A stretch of DNA of 64,000 bases. Origin: Candidatus Latescibacterota bacterium. GTDB taxonomy: Bacteria > Latescibacterota > UBA2968 > UBA8231. The notes beneath the pieces were generated by a model that saw nothing but the letters and a program-made list of their open reading frames with translations, searched no databases and was not told the DNA's origin. Positions 9,452-19,439 of the stretch are shown here, in pieces; positions within the stretch are counted from its first letter, which is position 1, and each line of letters begins with the position of its first letter. A program made the position numbers and the translations under genes. Where the stretch lies: positions 1,280,001 through 1,344,000 of the forward strand of contig CBDAOB010000005.1 in NCBI GenBank assembly GCA_965197905.1. Reading direction: 5' to 3'.

Positions 9452-10137
9452 GTCGCGTGTTGGCCGCTCACCAGCCCAACTATCTTGCCTGGCTAGGTCT
9501 TTTCCACAAGGTGGGCAACGCCGACGTCTGGGTGGTTGCCGATGATGTGCAGTTTGCCAAACATGGCTTGACCAATCGCAATCGCGTTCGAACAACAACT
9601 GGATGGCAGTGGCTTACGGTGCCGGTTCTCACCAGGGGTAAGGGTTTGCAATCCATCGGGCAAGTCGAGATCGACAATGCCCGGAATTGGCGCGACAAAC
9701 ATCTCAAGTCGTTGCGATGGAACTACGGCAAGGCACCCTATTTCGCACGCTACGAGGAGGTCCTGGCACGGTACTACGAAACCGATTGGCGACATCTGGT
9801 GGATCTGAACATGGAATTCTGCCGCTTCGTCCTGGGGGAGCTGCAGATAGAGATCGAGCTTCGCAAGACATCGGAATTCGAGGTTCGGGAGGATCGAACT
9901 CTTAGGTTGCTCGATTTGGCAACAGCGCTGGACTGCGGGGTCTATCTGGCCGGAGCGGGATCGTCCCGACAATACCTCGATCCAGCCGCTTTCGAGCAGG
10001 CAGGTATCGAGTGTCGATTCAGCACGTTTCGCCACCCGGTCTACCCCCAATGTTTTCCGGGATTCGAACCGTCCATGTCGACCCTGGACCTGCTGCTGAA
10101 CTGCGGTCCCACGAGCCGGGAGGTGCTGTTTGGCTGA
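9448..10137 (+). CDS. WbqC family protein
   Basis: HQPNYLAWLG, DDVQF, NRNR, WLTVP and STLDLLLN motifs; GTGA overlap with the previous gene. Confidence 0.9.
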   Translation: MSRVLAAHQPNYLAWLGLFHKVGNADVWVVADDVQFAKHGLTNRNRVRTTTGWQWLTVPVLTRGKGLQSIGQVEIDNARNWRDKHLKSLRWNYGKAPYFARYEEVLARYYETDWRHLVDLNMEFCRFVLGELQIEIELRKTSEFEVREDRTLRLLDLATALDCGVYLAGAGSSRQYLDPAAFEQAGIECRFSTFRHPVYPQCFPGFEPSMSTLDLLLNCGPTSREVLFG

Positions 10138-11272
10138 CAAGGTGTTGATGTTGACGAACGTGCACAGCCCCCTGGATCAGCGCATCTATCATAAGGAAGC
10201 AAAAACCCTGGCTGCGGCCGGGTACAAGATAACCATTGTGGGTCCGGGAGACGCCGTGCTCCAGGAATGCGATGAAGGTATCGAGGTCAAGGTCATTCCC
10301 GTTCCTCGAACCCCGTGGGACCGTTTGACCAACCTGTGGCGACTGTTCGAGATTGCACGGAGCTCCGATGTGGGTCTGGTTCACTTCCACGATCCGGAGC
10401 TGCTTCCCGTCGCGTTTTTGCTCTCGCTTATGGGCAAGAAGGTCATCTACGACGTCCACGAGCATTTTCACATGGTTGCCCTGACGCGATCGTGGATACC
10501 TGCCGCGGTGAGAAGGCCGCTGGCGTTTGCTGTGGAACACGGCGAACGGTATCTCGGCCGCTACATGAACGCAGTAGTGGGAGTGGTAGATGAGCAGGGC
10601 AACCGCTTTGGCCGGCGCCCCTTCGTCGCGGTCAAGAACTATCCGCGGCTGGAGTGTTTTGATGCCCCCCAGAGCGCGAGGGGGATATCCTGCGATTTGC
10701 TGCACGTGGGCTCCCTGTCGCGAGAACGTGGGGCCCTGCTGTTGCCCCGCATACTCAAGACCCTCAAAGGGACCCATCCGACATTCTCTATGCTCAACGT
10801 CGGTGGGTTCCATTCCCCGTCCGATGAGCAGCGATTCCATGAGGATCTGGAAAGCTTCGATCTATGCACGAACGTGCGCTGTCTGCAGCGCCACGTGCCG
10901 TACTCCAAGTTGGGCCATCTCATCGCATCGGGCAGAGTGGGATTGGTTCCGGGGATCGTCTGCCCAAAAAATCTAAAACCGTTTGTGCCCACGAAACTTT
11001 TCGAATATTTGGCGTGCGGTGTACCGGTAGTGGCGAGTGATCTGCCCTCCATAAGGGCGCTGCACAATCAGGGTAGCTGGGGCATCCTGGTGGATCCGGA
11101 CGATCCGCGGGCCCACGCCGACGCAATCGGCTATCTGCTCGACCATCCGGGCGAAGCCGCCGAGATGGGGAAGAGGGGCCGGGCGTTGGTTGAGGAGCGG
11201 TTCCAGTGGGGCCGCCAGGGCAGCAAGCTACTTTCACTCTACGATCTCGTTCTCAAAGGTGGAGCCGTATGA
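10130..11272 (+). CDS. Glycosyltransferase family 4
   Basis: HFHDPEL, YDVHE and PTKLFEYLACGVPVVASD motifs. Confidence 0.92.
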   Translation: MADKVLMLTNVHSPLDQRIYHKEAKTLAAAGYKITIVGPGDAVLQECDEGIEVKVIPVPRTPWDRLTNLWRLFEIARSSDVGLVHFHDPELLPVAFLLSLMGKKVIYDVHEHFHMVALTRSWIPAAVRRPLAFAVEHGERYLGRYMNAVVGVVDEQGNRFGRRPFVAVKNYPRLECFDAPQSARGISCDLLHVGSLSRERGALLLPRILKTLKGTHPTFSMLNVGGFHSPSDEQRFHEDLESFDLCTNVRCLQRHVPYSKLGHLIASGRVGLVPGIVCPKNLKPFVPTKLFEYLACGVPVVASDLPSIRALHNQGSWGILVDPDDPRAHADAIGYLLDHPGEAAEMGKRGRALVEERFQWGRQGSKLLSLYDLVLKGGAV

Positions 11273-12099
11273 AGGGTTTGGTCCATTTCATCTCAGCATG
11301 CTCGATCTGCCTGGTGTCATCGCATACGCCGAGTTTCGCCGGCGCCTGGAGCCAGCAGAAGGGGCATTATTATGCCAAGTTTTCGGGTATCTACTACACC
11401 TCCGACGAGCGCTACAACGATATGGGCCGGCGCGACGAATTGGGACAGGATGACGATGAATTCAGGTCGACCCAAGGGTTCCTCTACGTCGAGTACGGAG
11501 TAGCCGACAGACTGACCACGGTGGCTCAGTTTCAAGGGGGTAGGTTGGTCAACGAAAACGCGCTGATCCGGCAGACGACCGTGGGCACCGGCGATGTAGA
11601 TCTGGGTCTCAAGTACCAGTGGATCGACGCTCCGGTCGTACTGGCACCATTCGTCACGGCAAAGATACCGGGCGGCTACGACCAGAAATACGAGCCGCCT
11701 CTAGGCACCGGAGATGCCGATCTCGAATTCAGGGTGCTGGCTGCAAAGTCGTTCCACCCGTGGCCGCTGTATATGGGAGCCGAGGTTGGTTACAGGCTGC
11801 GCGGCGGCCCGTTCTCGAATCAGGTTCCGTATCTGGTGGAGGTTGGTTCGCAGTTCCGCGAAGGCATGTTCGCCAAGATCTATGTCAACGGAACCCAAAC
11901 CCGTTCGAAGACGGAGAACCTGGGGTTGGTCGGCGCGGGCGTTCAGGTATCGGAAGGAGACTTCGCGAAGTTGGGACTGAATCTCGCATTCCAAACGGTG
12001 GGATCGATCTGGGTAGACGTGCTTTGGGAGTCCGTGTTCGACGGGAACAACGTCGGAGCCGGTGCGACGTGGGGTCTGGGAATTTCAACGATACAATAG
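11269..12099 (+). CDS. Secreted, probable outer-membrane beta-barrel protein
   Basis: Signal-like N-terminus (..SFAGAW), GTGDVDLGLKY motif and alternating beta-strand pattern; ATGA overlap. Confidence 0.55.
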   Translation: MKGLVHFISACSICLVSSHTPSFAGAWSQQKGHYYAKFSGIYYTSDERYNDMGRRDELGQDDDEFRSTQGFLYVEYGVADRLTTVAQFQGGRLVNENALIRQTTVGTGDVDLGLKYQWIDAPVVLAPFVTAKIPGGYDQKYEPPLGTGDADLEFRVLAAKSFHPWPLYMGAEVGYRLRGGPFSNQVPYLVEVGSQFREGMFAKIYVNGTQTRSKTENLGLVGAGVQVSEGDFAKLGLNLAFQTVGSIWVDVLWESVFDGNNVGAGATWGLGISTIQ

Positions 12100-12115
12100 T
12101 GACGGAGGTTCGATC

Positions 12116-13246
12116 ATGAAACGATTGGCGCGGCGCGATTTTATGAAGACGGGAGGTGTGGCGGTTATTTCCAGTCTCATACCGTTAGCTGGATGCTCAT
12201 CCAACGACGTAGACGTGCTTGCTATGCCGACAGCGCCCGATGTGGATGTCCCCGCCGGCGCAACAGGGAGCGAGATACTGGTGTCACCAATAACCAGCAA
12301 CGACCGCTTCTACCTGCAATCGATCAACGGACAGAACTACGACCCCAACGTCAACGCCGACAATTGGCGCCTAACGATAGATGGTTTGGTCAGCTCGCCG
12401 ATCACGGGTCTAACCTACGGAGACCTGATTTCCATGCCCATACAAAGGGACACGGTTACCTTGCAATGCATCGGCAACTGGATCGGCGGACCGTTGGTGG
12501 GCAATGCGGAGTGGGGAGGCACGCCGTTGCGCAATCTCCTGGATCGGGCAGGGGTCCAGAATCAAGCCATCCGGCTCAAGTTCTACAGTGTCGATGGGTA
12601 CACGACTTCGATCCCCCTCGAACGTGCCGTTCGGGATAATGTTCTTCTGGCATGGGAAATGAACGGCGAAAGGCTGCCTTCGAAGCACGGGTTTCCAGTG
12701 CGTCTGATCAACCCGGGTCACTACGGTCAAAAGATGCCGAAGTGGATCACCCGAATCGAGCTCATCGACGACGTCTACCTGGGCTATTGGGAAAGGCTGC
12801 CCAAGGACAAGCCGTTCAAGTGGTCGGACGAAGCAGTGGCCACCGTGAACTCTCGCATCGACGCACCGCTTTCCATATGGGACGATGTCAAGGATCCTGG
12901 AAACGGGGGCGTCACTTTTACCTTGCAGACTATTCGGGGTGCCGTCGGAGAGGATTTCATCATACACGGCATCGCGATGGCAGGTGAGCGTATTGTGGAC
13001 CGGGTGGAGGTCAGTACCGACGGTGGGTTTGTGTGGGAGGAGGCCCATATCACTACCCAGCAATCACCGAATATTTGGGTGACCTGGGGCTACCATTGGG
13101 CTTTACCCGCAAGCGGCCGCTACGAGATCTTCGCCCGGGCAACCGACGATGCGGGAGAGGTGCAGCCTGCCACCGACACCGGTGTCGATCTGTACGATGG
13201 CCGCACGGGCTACCACCGGGTTCCGGTGAACGTCGTGACCAGCTGA
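12116..13246 (+). CDS. Sulfite oxidase family molybdopterin oxidoreductase, Tat lipoprotein
   Basis: ARRDFMK twin-arginine motif and LAGC lipobox; TLQCIGN, GYTTSIP, HGFPVRL, KWITRIE and VEVSTDGG motifs. Confidence 0.88.
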   Translation: MKRLARRDFMKTGGVAVISSLIPLAGCSSNDVDVLAMPTAPDVDVPAGATGSEILVSPITSNDRFYLQSINGQNYDPNVNADNWRLTIDGLVSSPITGLTYGDLISMPIQRDTVTLQCIGNWIGGPLVGNAEWGGTPLRNLLDRAGVQNQAIRLKFYSVDGYTTSIPLERAVRDNVLLAWEMNGERLPSKHGFPVRLINPGHYGQKMPKWITRIELIDDVYLGYWERLPKDKPFKWSDEAVATVNSRIDAPLSIWDDVKDPGNGGVTFTLQTIRGAVGEDFIIHGIAMAGERIVDRVEVSTDGGFVWEEAHITTQQSPNIWVTWGYHWALPASGRYEIFARATDDAGEVQPATDTGVDLYDGRTGYHRVPVNVVTS

Positions 13247-13333
13247 TTATGGGGAACGCCGATCAACGGAGTGAGACTGTCTCGGCGATCGGATGGGGTT
13301 GATGGGGGGCGGCAGCGTAGATCTAAGCGGGTA

Positions 13334-13627
13334 TCAGGCTTCCTCGGCGGGCAGCCATTCCTCGATGGTTCGGCATACGGAACGGGCCTGGTTGGCGCTT
13401 GAGATCTCGAACTTACTGCGCTGCAGGTAGGTGCCCTCGCGCTTCTGGTATCTGCGGATCGATATCTTTTGGGGGCCGTAGTCACCCGATTTTCTGTCCA
13501 GATCCTGGTACAGAAACATGATGGTGGCCCACGAGCCTTTGCTCAGCACTTCCTTGTCCAGTTCCTTCCGCAGGACTTGACCATCCTCCTCGTACTGGAT
13601 CGTCAACTCCTCTACCGTTTCCGCCAT
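13334..13627 (-). CDS. Small conserved hypothetical protein
   Basis: 97-aa ORF with an RBS-like AAAGG and protein-like composition (KEVLSKGSWATIMFLYQ..IRRYQK). Confidence 0.7.
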   Translation of the reverse strand: MAETVEELTIQYEEDGQVLRKELDKEVLSKGSWATIMFLYQDLDRKSGDYGPQKISIRRYQKREGTYLQRSKFEISSANQARSVCRTIEEWLPAEEA

Positions 13628-13778
13628 CTGAACCTTTCCACTATCTGTATCTCAATCTCGCGTCACGTAGAATAACGACCAATGCAAATCCAATTGCAAC
13701 AAGATTCTTCGAGGTGTTCTCTGCGCTGTAGATCTTCCGCCAACCCTGTTGTTCAATCCGTAAAAAGTAACGTCTTAG

Positions 13779-13807
13779 TTGAGTATCCATATTTTCTCGC
13801 CTATAAT
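13779..13807 (+). promoter_or_regulatory. Sigma-70-type promoter for the IOR gene
   Basis: TTGAGT-N17-TATAAT. Confidence 0.65.
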
Positions 13808-13867
13808 GATGGCAACAGGGTCGCTTTTGCGAATTGTCTCATCTTGATGTAGACGGAGCACTTCCAC

Positions 13868-16800
13868 TTGTCCATGGATATTCGGGATCGATTTACCCGC
13901 AAAAACGGGACCGTCTTCCTGACGGGAATCCAAGCCCTGGTGCGTTTGATCCTGGAGAAACAACGGACGGATGCCGCCAACGGCCACGTGAATCAAACCT
14001 TCATAACCGGTTATGAGGGGTCGCCCTTAGGTGGGTTCGACATGGTCGTGGCCCAACAGATCGATTTGCTCAATCAGGTTGGGCGCACCGTGCATCAACC
14101 GGGCGTGAATGAAAAGGTCGCCGCCTCGGCCATTCTCGGAAGCCAGTACGCCGATTGCGCTGACGTGGACGCGTTCTGGTATGGCAAAGCCCACGGGGTG
14201 ATGTGGGTGCCCGACGAGGTTTGGTTGTCAAACCTCGCCGGGTCTGCGGGATCGGGTTCCATGGTTCTGCTATGTGGGGAGGATCACAACTCCAAAAGCT
14301 CAGTGACGCCTGGCAGTAGCGACTGGGTGCTGCGCAGCAGCTACGTACCAATTTTTTATCCGTCGTCCGTGGCGGAGGTTCTCACTCTCGGAATGCACGC
14401 CATCGCGCTCTCGCGCCGGACAGGTCTCGTAACCGCGCTCAAATTGACGACCCCGATCTGCGACGGAGCTGCCACGGTCACGTTGGAAGAGCCGCGTTCT
14501 GGATGGCAGCATCAGCAGGTGAGCTATAAAAAGCAGTTCAATCCGTTGGTGATGGCCACAGGAGCGCTTCCAATGCAACGCGAGCTGGTGGAAAGGAAGG
14601 TGCCGCTGGCAGCGGAGTATGTGCGCCTCAATCAGCTCAATCAGGTGGTCGACGAGGATGCTGGCGGGGATGTGGGCATTGTGGCCACGGGCAAGAGTGC
14701 GGTGGATCTCGCTTGCGCGCTAGAAGCGATGGACCTGCGGGTTCCGGTTCTCAAGATCAGCGTAACATTTCCGCTAGATACACAAATCGTCGCCCAGTTT
14801 GGTCAGAATCTTCGCCACATCTACGTGATCGAGGAGGCCGGCGACTTCGTGGAGGATGCTATAAAAGCTGCTCTCTGGAATACGGGAGTGACAGGGGTGT
14901 ACGGGAAAACAGATGATCGCGGTGAGCCGCTGATCCCAGCACACGGAGAGCTCACCCCGGAGCTACTGATTCGGATACTTGAACCGCGATTGAAAGCGAG
15001 CCACTCCGCTACGTCTGCAAGTCGAGGGTTGGAGGAAATCGACAGCCGCACCTATCCACATGTTCCGACAGTTTCGCCCATGTCATGTGGGGGTTGTCCC
15101 TACAACAGCTTCCGCGATCTGTCTGAGAAGCCGGGTGGGGCTATAGGATGCAGCTCGATTCGCGCCGTTGACGCTTATGATAACGGCGTGCTTTACATCC
15201 CGACCATGGGTGCGGGGGGTTCGATCTACAGCGGTTGGTCCCAGTTCAACGGGAACAAGCACATCTTTCAGAACCTTGGAGACGGAAGTTACTTCCACAG
15301 CGGTCGCGGTGCGATTCAGAGCTGCGTCGAAGCCGGCACGAACATCACCTTTCTGCTGCTGTTCAACGGAGCTGTCGCGCTCACCGGCGGTCAGCGACCG
15401 GCGGGACAACGCTGCACGGAAGACGTAGTGTCCGAGCTTCTGGGAATGGGTGTGAAGAGACTAGGCATCGTAAGCGAGGATCCAACGGTGTACAAACTGA
15501 AGTCGGACGATCGCGTGGAGCTGTTCTCAACGGAACGTCACGCAGAGGCACTAGACACGTTCAAGAAACTTCCCGGAACGACCGCTCTAATCCTCGACAA
15601 GGAATGTGCAACCGAGAAAAACCGTCGTGCGCGCCGGCAGCGGACGTCCCCGACAGAATACATCATGATCAACGAGGCGATCTGCGAAGCCTGCGGTGAT
15701 TGTTTCAGGAAGTCTGAGGGGTGCGCCGCGCTGTATCAGGTAGACACCGAGAATGGACCCAAGACTCAGATTCGCACCTCGCAGTGTACCCGCGACAGTC
15801 TGTGTGTAGAAGGAGAATGTCCGGCGTTCGTTTCGGTGATTCCGGCGGCAGGCACGAAGCTCCGGCGTCGCTCCCCTGGCATGATCGAACCACCGCCCGA
15901 ACCCGCGCTGCCAGAGCTGGAGCGTACCTACAGTATCTACGCCACCGGCCGTGGGGGTACGGGTGTTGTTACCATATCCCACATCCTCGCGTTCGCGGCG
16001 ATGATGGAAGGCAGGTTCGTCTACCTATCCAACAATACGGGTCTTGCCCAAAAAGGGGGGCCCGTGGAAGCACCCGTACAGATTAGCGCTGAGAAACAGA
16101 TTACCTTCCATAGTCTGCTGCCTGGCGCCGCCGATCTCTACCTTGGCTTCGATCTGATTCGAGCCGCCGAGCCGGGCAATCTGAGGTACGCGGCCGCGAA
16201 TCGGAGCGTTGGCGTCGTGAGTAGCAGCGTACTGCCGACGGCCGCGCAGAATCGGCATCCCGACGGCCGCATCCCCGACCAAGAGTTCCTGCGCAGTGTC
16301 ATCGAGCGGTATACACGAGCGGGCGAGAATCTCTACGTGGACACCTACGTGGCGGCGGAATCCCTCTTCGCCGATTCGGTCTTCGCCAACATGATTCTGC
16401 TTGGCGCGGCCTTCCAGGCCGGCGCCGTTCCCGTGTCCTCCGACTCCATCGAAAGGGCAATTCGCCTGAACGACCGCGCCGTCGAGGACAATCTGTGCGC
16501 TTTCAGGTGGGGTCGGATCTCCGTCGCTGATCCGGAGCGGCTCACCCGAATCTCCGAGGACGGTGATTCGAATCCGGTGTCGATTCGGTTTGGGGGTATC
16601 GAGTATACCTCCAAGCCGGCGGCGAAGGCTGCGACGCCATCGATCACCAATCACCTGGGCGATCAAGAGCTAGAAGAGGAGGTCGGTCGCTATCTAACCG
16701 AGCTTACGGCGTATCAGGACGCTAGCTACGCGTCCGGATTTCTTCGATACATCGAGAAGGTTCGCGGGAAGGAGCAGGCGATTGGTACGACCGGGACTCG

Positions 16801-17287
16801 CTTTACACGTACGGTGGCGCTTCAGCTCTATCGCCTCATGGCCTACAAAGACGAGTACGAGGTGGCCCGGCTGGCAACCAGGCCGCAGTTCGAGCGCAGA
16901 ATTCGCGGACTGTTCGAGGGCCGACTCTCCATCCGGTACCATTTGCAACCGCAGACTCTGCGCTGGCTCTTCAAAAAGAAGATTCGTTGCGGCTGGGGGA
17001 CGCGGACCGTCTTGCGATTACTGGCCCGTATGAAATGGCTGCGCGGCTCGGGGTGCGATCCCTTCGGCTTTGCGAAGTCGCGAAGACAGGAACGAGAGTT
17101 GGTAGGTTGGTACCGAGATCTGATCGCTAAGCTGACCGCGAGACTAGACGAATCCAACTATGACAGCGCAGTAGAGATTGCGGCGACTGCTGACCGGATC
17201 CGCGGCTTCGAAGAGGTGAAGTCGACGGCGGTGGAAACCGTTCTCGAGACGACCGCGAGAGCATCCGAACGGTTCGGACAAGATTAG
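13868..17287 (+). CDS. Indolepyruvate:ferredoxin oxidoreductase family protein, fused alpha/beta
   Basis: LTGIQALVR, GYEGSPLGG, CGGCP, GDGSYFHSG (TPP), CEACGDC ferredoxin, GGTGVVT, GLAQKGG and MAYKDEYEVARL motifs. Confidence 0.92.
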   Translation: MSMDIRDRFTRKNGTVFLTGIQALVRLILEKQRTDAANGHVNQTFITGYEGSPLGGFDMVVAQQIDLLNQVGRTVHQPGVNEKVAASAILGSQYADCADVDAFWYGKAHGVMWVPDEVWLSNLAGSAGSGSMVLLCGEDHNSKSSVTPGSSDWVLRSSYVPIFYPSSVAEVLTLGMHAIALSRRTGLVTALKLTTPICDGAATVTLEEPRSGWQHQQVSYKKQFNPLVMATGALPMQRELVERKVPLAAEYVRLNQLNQVVDEDAGGDVGIVATGKSAVDLACALEAMDLRVPVLKISVTFPLDTQIVAQFGQNLRHIYVIEEAGDFVEDAIKAALWNTGVTGVYGKTDDRGEPLIPAHGELTPELLIRILEPRLKASHSATSASRGLEEIDSRTYPHVPTVSPMSCGGCPYNSFRDLSEKPGGAIGCSSIRAVDAYDNGVLYIPTMGAGGSIYSGWSQFNGNKHIFQNLGDGSYFHSGRGAIQSCVEAGTNITFLLLFNGAVALTGGQRPAGQRCTEDVVSELLGMGVKRLGIVSEDPTVYKLKSDDRVELFSTERHAEALDTFKKLPGTTALILDKECATEKNRRARRQRTSPTEYIMINEAICEACGDCFRKSEGCAALYQVDTENGPKTQIRTSQCTRDSLCVEGECPAFVSVIPAAGTKLRRRSPGMIEPPPEPALPELERTYSIYATGRGGTGVVTISHILAFAAMMEGRFVYLSNNTGLAQKGGPVEAPVQISAEKQITFHSLLPGAADLYLGFDLIRAAEPGNLRYAAANRSVGVVSSSVLPTAAQNRHPDGRIPDQEFLRSVIERYTRAGENLYVDTYVAAESLFADSVFANMILLGAAFQAGAVPVSSDSIERAIRLNDRAVEDNLCAFRWGRISVADPERLTRISEDGDSNPVSIRFGGIEYTSKPAAKAATPSITNHLGDQELEEEVGRYLTELTAYQDASYASGFLRYIEKVRGKEQAIGTTGTRFTRTVALQLYRLMAYKDEYEVARLATRPQFERRIRGLFEGRLSIRYHLQPQTLRWLFKKKIRCGWGTRTVLRLLARMKWLRGSGCDPFGFAKSRRQERELVGWYRDLIAKLTARLDESNYDSAVEIAATADRIRGFEEVKSTAVETVLETTARASERFGQD

Positions 17288-17318
17288 GGATCAGGTGTCC
17301 GCGAAAGCCGTACCGTAG

Positions 17319-18224
17319 CTACAGATCGAGGGCTACGGGTGTCGAGGTACGCAGCGCGCGCCGCAAGACGCGCAATAACTTCGACCGCAAAACGATCTCG
17401 TCCCAGGGTGGAACGCCTGGCTTGGGTTGGGCCAGCTGTGCGACAAAATCTTCGAGCCAGGTTGGCTCGGCGAACTGCCCAGTGTGTGGATGCAGGTGCA
17501 AACCGTCCTGTCGCACGACCGCCGAGGAGCTCGAGAGCCCCTCCGTGTAGACGACACCTCCGGTTCCCGCAACGGTGAGCTCTTGATTCAGCGGAAGGTG
17601 AACTGGCGCCATCAGAAGCTGGGCTGTCGCTCTCCCGATTCCTGCCGTTATGGCAAGATGGTGTTTGGAACGTTCCTTCGTGGCGGTGGCAAGCAGGAAC
17701 TGAAGATCGGAGCCGATCAGATCGACCGCCATATCGACGGCGTCCCACGCTGCCCACCACGCGGGTAAGAGACTGCTGCCTCCTCCCCGAAGGTGGCGGA
17801 GGTAAACCGCCTGGCCGAATGCTGGCTTGCGGCATTCCCGTTGCACGGTTCTGTAATGGTTGCTGAAGCGGAATTGCCCTCCGCTTGCCACACAAATATT
17901 TTGCCTTGCTGCCATTTCAGCCAACTGGTCATGCTCGGTTTTCGATAGGGCTACGGGGCCAGCCGCGAGAACATGAATCCCTTGTTCCACACACCGGAAC
18001 AGGTCTCGCTTCAGCGCAGAATACGGCGTTAGAAAGCAGCATACTCCAGACGCCACGTGCTGGAGCACGACGCCCAACTCGTCAAACACCGGTATCGAGC
18101 CGATATCCAAACGGGTACGTCCAAGGATCATTACCCCCGAGATCTCAAGGGACTCGCAAAGTACTTGGACCGCATCTTTCTGCGCCGCACTGGCTACGAG
18201 AGCTATGGGAGGGGCGGTGGACAT
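17319..18224 (-). CDS. Divergent Gfo/Idh/MocA-like protein
   Basis: GIHVLAAGP occupies the usual HVLxEKP position and is followed by family-like spacing; canonical motifs are degenerate. Confidence 0.55.
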   Translation of the reverse strand: MSTAPPIALVASAAQKDAVQVLCESLEISGVMILGRTRLDIGSIPVFDELGVVLQHVASGVCCFLTPYSALKRDLFRCVEQGIHVLAAGPVALSKTEHDQLAEMAARQNICVASGGQFRFSNHYRTVQRECRKPAFGQAVYLRHLRGGGSSLLPAWWAAWDAVDMAVDLIGSDLQFLLATATKERSKHHLAITAGIGRATAQLLMAPVHLPLNQELTVAGTGGVVYTEGLSSSSAVVRQDGLHLHPHTGQFAEPTWLEDFVAQLAQPKPGVPPWDEIVLRSKLLRVLRRALRTSTPVALDL

Positions 18225-19369
18225 CAGGATGCGGCGGCCTCCATAGGTAAGCTGACTACCTGATTCTGCATCACCGATAAATAGCCGGCGGTTAGAATCT
18301 CCATATTGTCGCGGGCGTCCGCGACGGTGTAAGACGTATGGCGGTCGTTGTCCATAGCCCCAAGCAGATCCTCGAGGGCGGCGGCGAATCCGACGCTATC
18401 AGGGACCGCTGTCGTCGTTGGAGTCGGAGATCTGCTGTGCCACATCATCGGGTCTTTGGGGGGGATGCTGTAGTCGGCGCCGACGATCTCCTCCCTTAGG
18501 AAGCTATTGACGGTAGGTCCCTTGCCATCAACGACCGCGCTTCCCAAGCTGCCAACGAGATATGCCTTCGAGGGACCGCCCTGCGGGTGGGTTGCAACCC
18601 CGATGCGGCCACCGCAAACCGTGGCGATGCGGCCGGAGTCGTCTGTCATGGTCAAGGTGCCAAAATCGTCAGCACCATGGGACGCGTGCTCGGGGAAGAA
18701 GTGGGCCCCGGCGCGTCCGTAGACCTTTCTTATGGGGCCCAGACAGGTCTGCACCAATCCGACGCCGTAGGCGCCGACGCAAAGAAGCTCCCGTTTGATG
18801 TCGGGAAACTTCCAGCGTCCCGGCCCTAGAAAGGTGGGAGTAGCGCTCGAATCGATCGGCCGTGGCCAGCCCTTGGAGAACAAACCGTCGGCGTGGACGC
18901 CGAGAAGGGTCCCCAACGAATTCGACTCCAATATGGATTGGCTCTGCCTGGCCAGCTCACCATAGGTGAAGCTCGGAATGATCGAACAGACGCCAGCGCG
19001 ATCGACGGCGGAGACCACCGCATCGCACTCGTCGACTGTCGCCCCGATGAACTTGTCGATCCACAGCGCCTTGCCGGCGGCGGCAGCACGTTGGGCCAGG
19101 CCGGCGCGTTTTTCGATTTCGTGACCGATACTCACGATGTGAACCCGATCGTCTTCGAGCCCACGATCCACATCTTCGAGGTAGGGGACGCCCAGGCGCG
19201 CCGCCCAATCGCGATTGGCTACCGCAAGATCCTCCTCGATGTCCGCGTCATCGGCGACGGCGACGATTTCGATGCGAGGATGATCCTGGTAGAGGGGGAC
19301 GAAGCTCGGTTGGTGGCTGTACTTGCTGAAGCTTACCAGCAAAACTCCGTATCTCTCGAGGTCGGTCAA
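18224..19369 (-). CDS. Gfo/Idh/MocA family oxidoreductase
   Basis: IEIVAVADD, AAAAGKALWIDKF and LGTLL segments; C-terminal DARDNMEIL. Confidence 0.75.
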   Translation of the reverse strand: MTDLERYGVLLVSFSKYSHQPSFVPLYQDHPRIEIVAVADDADIEEDLAVANRDWAARLGVPYLEDVDRGLEDDRVHIVSIGHEIEKRAGLAQRAAAAGKALWIDKFIGATVDECDAVVSAVDRAGVCSIIPSFTYGELARQSQSILESNSLGTLLGVHADGLFSKGWPRPIDSSATPTFLGPGRWKFPDIKRELLCVGAYGVGLVQTCLGPIRKVYGRAGAHFFPEHASHGADDFGTLTMTDDSGRIATVCGGRIGVATHPQGGPSKAYLVGSLGSAVVDGKGPTVNSFLREEIVGADYSIPPKDPMMWHSRSPTPTTTAVPDSVGFAAALEDLLGAMDNDRHTSYTVADARDNMEILTAGYLSVMQNQVVSLPMEAAAS

Positions 19370-19439
19370 CGGCGAATCAGTTTTTTGGGAGAATAGATGA
19401 ATGAGGCCGGCATTTCGAATCGATGCCGGTCGGAACTGG

